A DNA stretch of 64,000 nucleotides, from assembly GCA_030583685.1 (NCBI GenBank), contig CP129470.1:745292-809291 (forward strand), given 5' to 3'. The position numbers and the translations under genes were made by a program. How positions within the stretch are numbered: position 1 is the first letter of the stretch; the number at the start of each line of letters is the position of its first letter. Shown in pieces: positions 46,439-55,509 of the stretch. Source of the DNA: Candidatus Dojkabacteria bacterium. GTDB taxonomy: Bacteria; Patescibacteriota; Dojkabacteria; GCA-002793355. The notes under the pieces were generated by a model. It did no database searches, was not told the DNA's origin, and saw nothing but the letters and a program-made list of their open reading frames with translations.

Positions 46439-47491
46439 ATGAATAAAGAAAAAATTTCAGTTGTCTTCCCTACAACGGAAGAATTACTCAAGTCAGGTGC
46501 GCAATTCGGGCACTCAACGCAACGCTGGCATCCAGCATTCGCGCCGTATATCTATAGAGAAGCTAAAGGAATTCACATCATTGATGTTCGTCAGACAGTA
46601 CCAGCACTCGAAAATGCAGTCGACTTTCTTGGTGCTGCCGTCCAAAAAGAAGCACGAGTGTTGATTGTTGGAACGAAAAAACAGGCCGCAGGAATCGTGA
46701 AAGAAATGGGCGAGAAATTCGGAATCTTCTATGTGAATGACAAATGGCCCTCAGGTCTCTTGACGAACTTCAAGACGGTTTCACAATCTATTCAAAAGTT
46801 ACAACGATTACAGGAGTTACATATTAAAAAAAGATATGTTCTTCCAAAAAAAGAATTACTGTCAATGCAACGAGAAATCGAGAAGCTAAAAGCAAGGTTT
46901 AATGGCGTTATGTTTATGGATAGACTACCGCAAGTGATAATAGTCATTGATACGAAGTATGAAAAGATTGCGGTAAAGGAAGCTCGCGCAATTGGTATCC
47001 CAGTAGTCGGCATAATTGACTCAAATTGTGATCCAAGGCTTATTGACTACCCTGTTCCGTCAAATGATGATGCAATTAAAGCCATTCGATTGATCCTTGG
47101 CGTGTTTAGTGAAGTTTTAAGTAAATATAGCTCAAAACGCTTGGTTCCTATGCGAGAACAATTCGCAAAGCGCTTAGCCGAACTCAATCGATCTATTGAA
47201 GAAGAGCATCGAATTAAGGTAGCAAGCGAGTTGCCTGTTGAACAAAAGACTGAAACAACCGTTACTCCTCGAGAAGAATCAAAATCGGGCCGTACAGTTC
47301 GAGTGACCTCCTTTAGAGCAATTTCTGAATTGAAACTTCCAGAAACAGTTCTCGAAAAATTAACGCAAGCAGGGATTACTTCTATTGAACAAATCAAAGA
47401 GAAATCCTTCGAAGAGTTGAAGAGTTTGAAAGGAATTGGTGCAAAGACGGCAGAAAAGATAATCTCAGTGGTACAGAAATATGGCAAATAA
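46439..47491 (+). CDS. rpsB: 30S ribosomal protein S2 with C-terminal helix-hairpin-helix extension
   Basis: N-terminal 250 aa = S2 (FGHSTQRWHPAFAPYIY...); extra about 90 aa ending LKSLKGIGAKTAEKIISVV (HhH motif). Confidence 0.85.
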   Translation: MNKEKISVVFPTTEELLKSGAQFGHSTQRWHPAFAPYIYREAKGIHIIDVRQTVPALENAVDFLGAAVQKEARVLIVGTKKQAAGIVKEMGEKFGIFYVNDKWPSGLLTNFKTVSQSIQKLQRLQELHIKKRYVLPKKELLSMQREIEKLKARFNGVMFMDRLPQVIIVIDTKYEKIAVKEARAIGIPVVGIIDSNCDPRLIDYPVPSNDDAIKAIRLILGVFSEVLSKYSSKRLVPMREQFAKRLAELNRSIEEEHRIKVASELPVEQKTETTVTPREESKSGRTVRVTSFRAISELKLPETVLEKLTQAGITSIEQIKEKSFEELKSLKGIGAKTAEKIISVVQKYGK

Positions 47492-48065
47492 TGAAATTCT
47501 ACTCCGATTAAGGAAAGAGACAAAGGCAAGCTTTGGGTTGTGTAAAGAAGCCGCTGACAAATATCCAGACAACTACGAAGAAGCAAAAAAATATATTGTT
47601 GAATTGATAAAGCAAAAGGCAGGTAAGCGTGAAGGACGTGTCACTCAGAATGGAATTATTCACGCATACGTTCATGGTAATGGTGCTCTGGCCTCGTTAG
47701 TTGAAATTCTTTGTGAAACAGACTTTGTTGCTCGTAATGAGGAATTAAAACAATTTGCACATGATGTTGCGTTACAAATTGTTGCCACAAATCCACAATT
47801 TGTGTCTTCTGAATCTATCGATGCGAAAGTTGTTGAAGACTTAAAAGCGCAGTGGAAGGAAGAATTGTTGCAAGAAGGAAAGCCAGAAGCAGCAGTTGAA
47901 AAGATTATCGACGGAAAACTAAAGAAATACCTTGCAGAAAATACACTTATCGATCAACCATTCTTTAAGGATGAAAGCAAGACAATTCGTGATATGCTTG
48001 AAGAAGTAACCGGCAAACTCGGAGAAAACATTAAAATATCACGATTTGAAAGATGGCAGATTTAG
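47481..48065 (+). CDS. tsf: elongation factor Ts (short form)
   Basis: N-terminal UBA-like LRKETKASFGLCKEAA, LVEILCETDFVARNEE core; 194 aa. Confidence 0.85.
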   Translation: MANNEILLRLRKETKASFGLCKEAADKYPDNYEEAKKYIVELIKQKAGKREGRVTQNGIIHAYVHGNGALASLVEILCETDFVARNEELKQFAHDVALQIVATNPQFVSSESIDAKVVEDLKAQWKEELLQEGKPEAAVEKIIDGKLKKYLAENTLIDQPFFKDESKTIRDMLEEVTGKLGENIKISRFERWQI

Positions 48066-48616
48066 CCCAAGTCTGGACTGATGTCGATAACGACATGGAA
48101 TTGGCCGTTATGGCGTTTCAAGAGGAAGCTCAAAAAATGCGTGCAGGCGCGGTAAATGTAGACGCTTTGAAGAATACTCAGGTAACGGTCTATGGTTCTT
48201 CCATGCCGTTATATCAAGTTGCAACCATCAGCGCACCCAGTGCAGCAACTGCAATAATTACACCGTGGGACAAAGGAAACTTGAAGACCATTGGCGATGC
48301 ATTGACTGCTGAACTGAAAAACGAAGTAACACCAACCGTCAAAGAAGATGCAATTTATCTTAACTTTCCTCCTCTTACACAGGAAAAGAAAGAAGAATAT
48401 GCACGCCTTCTGAAAGATCGCTCCGAAAGCTTTCGACAAAGATTGCGTGAAGTTCGTCAGACTGCAAAAACAAAGATTGAGGAGATGAAGAAGACAGGTG
48501 AACTTCCCGAAGATGCGATGTATAAAGCGTTAGAGGACCTTGATGAAACGACGAAAAAATATACCGATCAAATAAACGATATTTACGATAAGAAAAGAGA
48601 CTTACTCTTGAAATAG
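48053..48616 (+). CDS. frr: ribosome recycling factor
   Basis: 187 aa, coiled three-helix bundle plus beta domain pattern of RRF; directly after tsf. Confidence 0.8.
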   Translation: MADLAQVWTDVDNDMELAVMAFQEEAQKMRAGAVNVDALKNTQVTVYGSSMPLYQVATISAPSAATAIITPWDKGNLKTIGDALTAELKNEVTPTVKEDAIYLNFPPLTQEKKEEYARLLKDRSESFRQRLREVRQTAKTKIEEMKKTGELPEDAMYKALEDLDETTKKYTDQINDIYDKKRDLLLK

Positions 48617-48625
48617 TCACTCATT

Positions 48626-49735
48626 ATGCTGCTCAATATCATCATTGCCCTTCTTGTTCTCAATATTATGGTAATAGCCCACGAGCTTGGGCATTATCTG
48701 TTTGCCCGACGGAATGGCATTGAGGTTGATGAGTTTGCTGTTGGGTTCGGACCAACACTCTGGAAGAAGAGATGGAATGGGACAATGTGGTTACTGAAAC
48801 TTTTTCCGCTTGGTGGGTACAACGGTTTAAAAGGTGAAATGGAAGCTGAAGAAGGAAAAGGAAATTTCGCAACTGCGGGTAAAAAAGCAAAATTTCAGGT
48901 ATTGATTGCTGGTTCAGCCATGAATGTTTTGGTCGCAATTGTGGCCTTCTACCTTGCTATCGCACTCTATGGTTGGAAAGTGCCAATTCCCGTAAATTTT
49001 TCGCCAATCGGGGGAAAAATAAATGAAGTCGCACTCGAGAAGGTTACGCTTATTGCTGTTGCTCCCGGCTCTCCTGCCGAAAAGGCTGGAATTGTTCCTC
49101 CTCTCCATATTGTTGAAATCAATGGAAAGGCTGTGTCAGCTCCTGCTGACGTTGGTCAGCATATCGTGGATTCGCCGACAGATGAAGTTTCATTATTGGT
49201 GCAAGTACCCGGTGGTGAATCACGTGTTGTTTCTGTAGTTCGAGACGAAAATAAACGAATCGGTGTTCAGTTACAAAGTGCTGCTTTAATTCTTGATTAT
49301 AGCGGGTCACTGGTAACAAAAGCATTCGCAGGTATTTCACATGCAGCAAATGTTACCATATTGACTTGGGATATGCTCTCCCTCTTGATAGGATATTCAC
49401 AACAGACAGGCGACTTAGAACCGGTGGGATATGCACTTGCCGGTCCAGTAGCCATTGTTGCTGCTGTGGATTCAGTTGTAACGGTTTCTCCTACCGTTAT
49501 TGCCGACTTAGCAAGTATGACGGGATTGATCGGTATTAGTCTTGCGATTTTTAACCTCCTTCCATTTCCCGGACTTGATGGTTGGCATATTTTTCTTCTT
49601 TTTTACGAAAAAGCTCGAGGAAGAAAACCAAATCAAAAGCTTGTCAGTTTATTAACAGGATTAGGACTCTTTTTCTTAATCGGCCTTGGTGTCGCCATAA
49701 TGATTAAGGATGTCTGGATGTTTTTCGTGAGGTAA
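48626..49735 (+). CDS. rseP: RIP metalloprotease RseP (site-2 protease, M50 family)
   Basis: HELGHY (HExxH) in first TM helix, central PDZ domain, C-terminal LDGWH motif. Confidence 0.8.
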   Translation: MLLNIIIALLVLNIMVIAHELGHYLFARRNGIEVDEFAVGFGPTLWKKRWNGTMWLLKLFPLGGYNGLKGEMEAEEGKGNFATAGKKAKFQVLIAGSAMNVLVAIVAFYLAIALYGWKVPIPVNFSPIGGKINEVALEKVTLIAVAPGSPAEKAGIVPPLHIVEINGKAVSAPADVGQHIVDSPTDEVSLLVQVPGGESRVVSVVRDENKRIGVQLQSAALILDYSGSLVTKAFAGISHAANVTILTWDMLSLLIGYSQQTGDLEPVGYALAGPVAIVAAVDSVVTVSPTVIADLASMTGLIGISLAIFNLLPFPGLDGWHIFLLFYEKARGRKPNQKLVSLLTGLGLFFLIGLGVAIMIKDVWMFFVR

Positions 49736-49776
49736 CGAGCGTCGTTTCGTTGCTCTTGCTGCTCATCACTCAAAAA

Positions 49777-49785
49777 TGCTATAAT
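49777..49785 (+). promoter_or_regulatory. extended -10 promoter element (TGcTATAAT) for proS leader
   Basis: TGnTATAAT about 190 nt upstream of proS start; defines leader 5' end near 49792. Confidence 0.35.
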
Positions 49786-49791
49786 AAAGAA

Positions 49792-49978
49792 GAGTCACGC
49801 GAAGAACAGGAATAGTAGCTTTCGAGCGAACCCGCCTGAGAGCGTTTGAGAAACCGAAATGCTAACTCAACTGCCAGAGCAGGACAACTCTGAAAATGAG
49901 CCGATATTCATCGGAAAGGTAAGGTGGTACCACGAGCAACTCGTCCATACCAAATAATAAGTTTTTTATTACTTGGTC
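49792..49978 (+). promoter_or_regulatory. putative T-box riboswitch leader (Pro-specific) upstream of proS
   Basis: Conserved T-box sequence AAGGTGGTACCACGAG (49920-49935) matching consensus AANNNGGGTGGNACCGCG; UGGU bulge would pair with the NCCA end of a tRNA with discriminator A (tRNA-Pro has A); Pro codons CCC/CCG occur in upstream stem region; followed by hairpin ACGAGcaaCTCGT. Confidence 0.5.
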
Positions 49979-51403
49979 ATGGAAAAAATTCCAAACATTT
50001 CTGAAAATTTTGCTGATTGGTATCAGTTCGTCACGCTAAAAACGGGACTTGCGGATTACGGTCCAGTGAAAGGAACAATGATTCATAGACCATATGGGTT
50101 TGCATTATGGAAGCAAGTGCAGAAAGTGCTTGGTCAAATGATTGAAGCAGATGGGGTAGAAGATGTATATTTTCCTTTATTTATTCCGTATTCTTTTCTG
50201 GCAGCAGAAAAAGAGCATGTTGAAGGGTTTGCCCCTGAAGTTGCAATGATTACCGAAGCAGGCGGTGAAAAGCTGGAAGAACCTTTAGTTATTCGCCCAA
50301 CGTCAGAGACAATAATGTACAAGACGTTTCCTAACTGGATTCAATCTTACCGAGATCTCCCTCTAAAAATTAACCAATGGTGCAACATTGTTCGCTGGGA
50401 AAAAAGAACCGTAATGTATATGAGAACGTCAGAATTCCTTTGGCAGGAAGGGCATACTGCACACGCAACTCGTGATGGAGCAGTAGAAGATGTCCTGTCA
50501 GCAGCAACCCGTTATGAAAAATTTTTACGAGAATATATGGCAATTCCGGGTTATAAGGGGTACAAGACCACAGGTGAAAAGTTTGCAGGTGCAGATTTTA
50601 CTGTCACCATTGAATCTTTAGTAAAGAACAAAAAGGCTTTACAAATCTGTACATCACATTTACTTGGTCAGAATTTTGCGAAAGCGTTTGGAATTACCTT
50701 TCTTGACGAAAAAAATGAATCTCAGCATGTATGGCAAACAAGCTGGGGTTTTAGTACTCGTACACTGGGAGGCATGATAGGCATTCATGGCGATGAAAAG
50801 GGCCTCGTCCTTCCTCCTCGTATGGCACCCGTGCAAATAGTCATAATTCCTATTGTTAAATCAGAAGAGGACCGTATTGCGATTGCAAACTACTGTGAGG
50901 GAATTGAAAAAATGCTGAAAAACGTTGGTATTAGAACGAAAACAGATTGGGGGAACGAAACTCCAGGGTGGAAATTTAATCAATGGGAACTGAAAGGTGT
51001 ACCACTGAGAATTGAAATTGGGATTCGAGAGGTTGAGCAGAAACAATTAACGGTTGCCACGCGTTTAGGGAATAAGTCAGTAATAGCACTTTATTCTGAA
51101 GTTTACAAAGAATTGAATGCCCTGCTTGACGAGATTCAGGCATTACTTTTATCTCAGGCGGAGCAGCTTTTGTTTGAAAACACCGTAGACGTCGCGTCTG
51201 AAGCAGAATTAGTTGCTGCAATGGAATCTGGAAAGGCAATGTACCGAGTTTTCTTTAAAGATGACACGGAACGAGCAAAAACATTGCAAGAAAAGTACAA
51301 AATCACCCCAAGAGTCATTCCTTTTGATACGATTGATCAAAAAGGTCCGGACTTTATGACAGGTGAGGAAGGTACGCCGACCATCTTTGCAAAAGCATAT
51401 TAA
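49979..51403 (+). CDS. proS: prolyl-tRNA synthetase (compact archaeal/eukaryote-like type)
   Basis: Class II motifs, VIRPTSETIMY, about 475 aa without bacterial INS editing domain; start set at ATG 49979. Confidence 0.85.
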   Translation: MEKIPNISENFADWYQFVTLKTGLADYGPVKGTMIHRPYGFALWKQVQKVLGQMIEADGVEDVYFPLFIPYSFLAAEKEHVEGFAPEVAMITEAGGEKLEEPLVIRPTSETIMYKTFPNWIQSYRDLPLKINQWCNIVRWEKRTVMYMRTSEFLWQEGHTAHATRDGAVEDVLSAATRYEKFLREYMAIPGYKGYKTTGEKFAGADFTVTIESLVKNKKALQICTSHLLGQNFAKAFGITFLDEKNESQHVWQTSWGFSTRTLGGMIGIHGDEKGLVLPPRMAPVQIVIIPIVKSEEDRIAIANYCEGIEKMLKNVGIRTKTDWGNETPGWKFNQWELKGVPLRIEIGIREVEQKQLTVATRLGNKSVIALYSEVYKELNALLDEIQALLLSQAEQLLFENTVDVASEAELVAAMESGKAMYRVFFKDDTERAKTLQEKYKITPRVIPFDTIDQKGPDFMTGEEGTPTIFAKAY

Positions 51404-51420
51404 TTGTGTATAATTCGACC

Positions 51421-51657
51421 ATGGCAGTTATTGTTGTACATAAAAATGAAGCAATCGACTCTGTATTGAGACGTTTTCAGCGACAAGTGATCAAGGAAGG
51501 AATTATCAGTGATGTTCTTGATAAACGCTATTTCGTATCAAAATCAGAAGCAAAACGAATTAAAAAACACGAATTACAAAGATCTGCATCTCGAAAGCGA
51601 CGACGAGCAAAGAGCAAGCCTCGAACTGTTGTCAAAGTCAAGAAGAAGATGTTTTAA
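51421..51657 (+). CDS. rpsU: 30S ribosomal protein S21
   Basis: MAVIVVHKNEAIDSVLRRFQRQVIKEGI... and basic C-terminus typical of S21. Confidence 0.8.
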   Translation: MAVIVVHKNEAIDSVLRRFQRQVIKEGIISDVLDKRYFVSKSEAKRIKKHELQRSASRKRRRAKSKPRTVVKVKKKMF

Positions 51658-51663
51658 TACTGC

Positions 51664-52119
51664 ATGGAGTTTTCCTACACAGTAGCAACTAGCGTACAGA
51701 AAGAATTCGTTCAGCGTGTACTATCTTTCTTTTCAACACCTCAATGTCTCCAAGAATTAAATAAATGTCCGGTGCTTCAGGAGAAGGCTCACAAACATCG
51801 AATAGAAATTTCTGTTGTTTCACCCGCTCAGATGGCGCAAGTTAATGCAGCGTATCGCGGTAAGAATGTTCCAACCGATGTACTTAGTTTTGAGTTGTTC
51901 GAAAATGGGTTGATGGGAGAGTTGTATTTATGTCCTCTCGAAATTCAAAAAAACGCCGAGTTTCTAGGACATTCTTTTGAACGAGAACTGATTGAGATTA
52001 CCATTCACGGACTGTTGCACCTTTCGGGTTATGATCATTCTGATGACATGTTCCAGTGGCAGGAGAAATTAACTAATTCATTGGTAAAGATGTATGAAAC
52101 TACTGGTAGGACTGGGTAA
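51664..52119 (+). CDS. ybeY: rRNA maturation endoribonuclease YbeY
   Basis: HGLLHLSGYDH (H-x3-H-x5-H zinc motif). Confidence 0.85.
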   Translation: MEFSYTVATSVQKEFVQRVLSFFSTPQCLQELNKCPVLQEKAHKHRIEISVVSPAQMAQVNAAYRGKNVPTDVLSFELFENGLMGELYLCPLEIQKNAEFLGHSFERELIEITIHGLLHLSGYDHSDDMFQWQEKLTNSLVKMYETTGRTG

Positions 52120-52660
52120 TCCAGGAAAGGAATTTGAGAATACTCCTCATAACGCTGGTTTTCTGGCAATCGATGTAATTGCTCAGACGATACGGAAACG
52201 GGGATATGCCGTTGAGGAGTGGAAATATGCATCACGAGAGGGTGCAGAGATTGCCGAAGTATATTCGACGCAAGGTGAACGATTCGCGGTACTCGTAAAA
52301 CCGCAGACGTATATGAATCTGAGTGGTAGTGCAGTCCAAAAGATTATGCGAAAATATGGTGTCAAAGATCAACGCAATGTGCTGATTATCTATGACGAGC
52401 TTGATATAGAATTAGGAAAGTATAAATATTCACCCCTTAAGAATTCTCGGACACATAAGGGAATTGCGTCGGTTCTTGCATCCGTTGGAACGCAAGTTCA
52501 GTCACTTCGGATTGGTGTTGATAACCGAGGTCCGGTACGAAAAATTCCCGGTGAGACGTATGTTTTAAAGAAATATTCAGTCAAAGAGCAAGAAGTATTA
52601 CACGCGACTATTGCGGAAGCAATTCCTGACGTTCTCGCTCAGTTTGCCGGGCTGGTATAA
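52094..52660 (+). CDS. pth: peptidyl-tRNA hydrolase
   Basis: MKLLVGLGNPGKEFENTPHNAGF N-terminus with catalytic His. Confidence 0.85.
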   Translation: MKLLVGLGNPGKEFENTPHNAGFLAIDVIAQTIRKRGYAVEEWKYASREGAEIAEVYSTQGERFAVLVKPQTYMNLSGSAVQKIMRKYGVKDQRNVLIIYDELDIELGKYKYSPLKNSRTHKGIASVLASVGTQVQSLRIGVDNRGPVRKIPGETYVLKKYSVKEQEVLHATIAEAIPDVLAQFAGLV

Positions 52661-52695
52661 TAGAGTATTTACGGATAAGTTAAACACTGCACAGC

Positions 52696-53271
52696 ATGAA
52701 TGTACCAATTTTGTTTACTGGAAGAAACGTCGAAGTTACCGACTCAATGAAATCATATATCGAAGACAAAATCAATAAATTACCACATGTTGAACTTGCC
52801 ACACAAATTAGTGTAGAAGTAGGAAAAACAGTATTTCACAAAGGTGCAGATAAAGATTTTTATGTACGAATCTTAATGAATTTACCAAAAGCAGTGGTAC
52901 GTATGAAAAAAGATGGAGGAGATGTGTATGTACTAGTTGATGATATGATGCCCAGTTTGCACGCGAAATTAGTAAAATATAAGGATAACTTCCGAAAATG
53001 GGACGGTGCCGAATCCTGGCCAGAAGCTGCTATTGTAGAAGACCTCGCAGTAACGGACCATGACGAATCTGCGAGTGCAATTTATGCAGGGTATGTTCCT
53101 CCAGTTCGCAGGAAAGTAATCAAGGAAATGCCTCCTATGTCCGTAACAGAAGCGATAGAACGAATGGAATTACTCGATAAATCTCTCTTCATCTTTAAAG
53201 ATGTACAGTCAGGAAATGTTGCTGTCGTTGTCAAGAAAGATGACGAATACGAAATGGTTATCGCAGGATAA
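52696..53271 (+). CDS. hpf: ribosome hibernation promoting factor (long HPF)
   Basis: N-terminal RaiA/YfiA domain (ITGRNVEVTDSMKSYIEDK) plus C-terminal dimerisation domain; 191 aa. Confidence 0.8.
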   Translation: MNVPILFTGRNVEVTDSMKSYIEDKINKLPHVELATQISVEVGKTVFHKGADKDFYVRILMNLPKAVVRMKKDGGDVYVLVDDMMPSLHAKLVKYKDNFRKWDGAESWPEAAIVEDLAVTDHDESASAIYAGYVPPVRRKVIKEMPPMSVTEAIERMELLDKSLFIFKDVQSGNVAVVVKKDDEYEMVIAG

Positions 53272-53343
53272 GATTTTTCTCAACGCAGCGCGAAGGTGTA
53301 AACAAGCATATTCTTGCAGGCATATGAGCAAGAGTGGTTCCTG

Positions 53344-54072
53344 TTATTTTGTTGGGTCGTTACTGAAAAGTCTTTGGAGCAGGGTGATGCTCTTCATGAA
53401 TCCGTACTGACGACTATCTTGTGTGACAAGAGTGTTCTCTTTATTGTATCCGGCAAGTGCTTTACTCAACCAATCTTGCCTGAGTGTATTGAGGTTTGAT
53501 TGTTTAATGTCGGTTGCAATTTGCTCTTTAACATCCTCAAGCTTTTGGTCAGCAAAATATTCTTTATTATCTGCATAATACTCCTCAATTTCCTTTTCTG
53601 TTGGTTCGGCAACTGTTCCTTCGAGTAATCTGTCTAATGTTACCGTTACCTTAACGTACGCGCGGTAATCACTTTCAGAGATGCCATTCTGCGCGAGTAC
53701 GGAAGTAAACTCGTCGTCGGAAGTGATTCCTGCGCTTTGTTTATCACGTTCGATTGCCGCATCCACTTCTTCGTTCGAAATCGTAATCCCTCGTTCCTTT
53801 GCTGCTTGTGCGATTGCTGCTTTTGCAAGCATTTCATTGACCACTTGGTCGCCATATTGTCGCTCTAATTCTTTGACATATGCTGCACGAGAGACATCGG
53901 AGCTCTTATAAAATGCGACATATTGGGAGGTAATAGAAGTTTGAATCAACCAGTCAAGCACAGGAAGCATAATAACTGCCACCAATAAACCAATAGCGAA
54001 CTTCATTGCGGTTTCTTTTTTGAGAGAAAGTGCAACCTTTTTAGATGAAACTTTTTGTATTACCTCGGCCAT
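53344..54072 (-). CDS. SurA N-terminal domain-like secreted chaperone-like protein
   Basis: Signal-anchor MKFAIGLLVAVIMLPV (likely true start), then helical domain resembling SurA/PpiD N-terminal chaperone module; no PPIase motif seen. Confidence 0.35.
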   Translation of the reverse strand: MAEVIQKVSSKKVALSLKKETAMKFAIGLLVAVIMLPVLDWLIQTSITSQYVAFYKSSDVSRAAYVKELERQYGDQVVNEMLAKAAIAQAAKERGITISNEEVDAAIERDKQSAGITSDDEFTSVLAQNGISESDYRAYVKVTVTLDRLLEGTVAEPTEKEIEEYYADNKEYFADQKLEDVKEQIATDIKQSNLNTLRQDWLSKALAGYNKENTLVTQDSRQYGFMKSITLLQRLFSNDPTK

Positions 54073-54139
54073 GTAATCGTCAGAATTAGATTATGATATG
54101 CAACCATTATAACAGAATTTTTGTGCTTGCCAAGAGAAA

Positions 54140-55498
54140 CTAGAGGATTTTCTTTTTGGCGTCTGGACCATCAAGGTGCCAGTAAATACTTTTAAGAAGC
54201 TTCCCGTTATACGCTTTACCGTGATCAATAATCGCGTATCTTCCTCCCATACTGTCAACCCCGTAATATACTTTACCGTCGAGTGCAGAGTAAATAGGGG
54301 CACCCCATCCGTTAAGTGAGTGGGTACTTCCTTTGGTTTGCCAACAAACAGGAGTTATGACTTGATATTTTCGTGATCTATCTTGATTCCCTGAAGTAGT
54401 TGAGACCATATCAATTGAGTAATTGTCATGAAAGCCCCATGTCAGAAGAGCTCCGGGAAGTGGTGATTTTGCTCTTCCGTCAACGACATAGGAGCCAGAT
54501 TGCCTCAATAAGCCAGAAGAGAAAGGATTTACATTTGTATAGTATGTTCCTGTTCCTGAAATAAAGCCATAGTGGATATGTGACCCAAAACTACAACCGG
54601 TGAAGCCTTGTCTGCCGATTATGTCTCCTCGTTTTACCGAAGTACCGTTTCCGAGTTTATTAGCTTCAAAAAGTTGAATCGCAATCGCAAGTGCTTGTCG
54701 ATCTGCAGCATTTTGTTGAGCCATCAGTTTTGACCTTTCTGCCGCAAGTGCCTTTTCCTGCTTTTCAAGCTCTGCAAGTAATACTTTTTGCTTATCCCGT
54801 TGTGTTGCTAAACTTGCCTTGAGTTCAATAATTTTCAGATTCGCTTCTTCCATTGAGTTTCTTTTTTCGATTATCGACGCTTGAGCAATGCCAAGAACTT
54901 CCTCTTCGGTCGAGAGTTGTGATTGAAGATTCGTAAATTGCGCAAGGCGAACCTTTTCTTGTTCTGATACGTAATCGAAGTAGCGAAGCATCTCTAAGGT
55001 AGAGATAAGATCATTTTGTGCGAGGAGATACCACACCGGTATACTGTTGACTTTATATGCAAGTAAAGCAACTTCATTAACCTTCTGCATCGATCGATGT
55101 GTTTCCTGCTTTAGTGTATCTATCCTGTTTTTTGTTTCTGCAATATCTTCTCCAATGTTTGCAATTTCGATGCTTGCAATTTCGATATCAACTTGTTTTT
55201 GCGCAAGCTCGTTCTCGCTCGCACTGATTTGGGCATTGAGTGTATTAATTTGGGATTGAATATCTCCTTCCTGAGCACGAACAGAATTTAGCGTTCCCTC
55301 TATTTTTTTTCTTTGGGCTTGCAGTTCATTTCGCTTCTTAATCAGGTAGTCGTAACACTGGCTGAGTGAGTAGCCAGAGGGACAGTCATTTGCAGCATTA
55401 ACCTGAGGTTGAGAGAAGAGATTTGAAACAACGAGTGAAGTTGCGACAAAAATAATAAGAAGTGGAATGTTTGTTCGAGAAAAAGCTGTTTTATTCAT
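54140..55498 (-). CDS. M23 family peptidase with long N-terminal coiled-coil (EnvC-like)
   Basis: Signal peptide, about 300 aa heptad-rich Q/E/L region, C-terminal GRQGFTGCSFGSHIHYGF (HxH of LytM/M23 fold). Confidence 0.7.
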   Translation of the reverse strand: MNKTAFSRTNIPLLIIFVATSLVVSNLFSQPQVNAANDCPSGYSLSQCYDYLIKKRNELQAQRKKIEGTLNSVRAQEGDIQSQINTLNAQISASENELAQKQVDIEIASIEIANIGEDIAETKNRIDTLKQETHRSMQKVNEVALLAYKVNSIPVWYLLAQNDLISTLEMLRYFDYVSEQEKVRLAQFTNLQSQLSTEEEVLGIAQASIIEKRNSMEEANLKIIELKASLATQRDKQKVLLAELEKQEKALAAERSKLMAQQNAADRQALAIAIQLFEANKLGNGTSVKRGDIIGRQGFTGCSFGSHIHYGFISGTGTYYTNVNPFSSGLLRQSGSYVVDGRAKSPLPGALLTWGFHDNYSIDMVSTTSGNQDRSRKYQVITPVCWQTKGSTHSLNGWGAPIYSALDGKVYYGVDSMGGRYAIIDHGKAYNGKLLKSIYWHLDGPDAKKKIL

Positions 55499-55509
55499 GA
55501 GGGCAGTAG

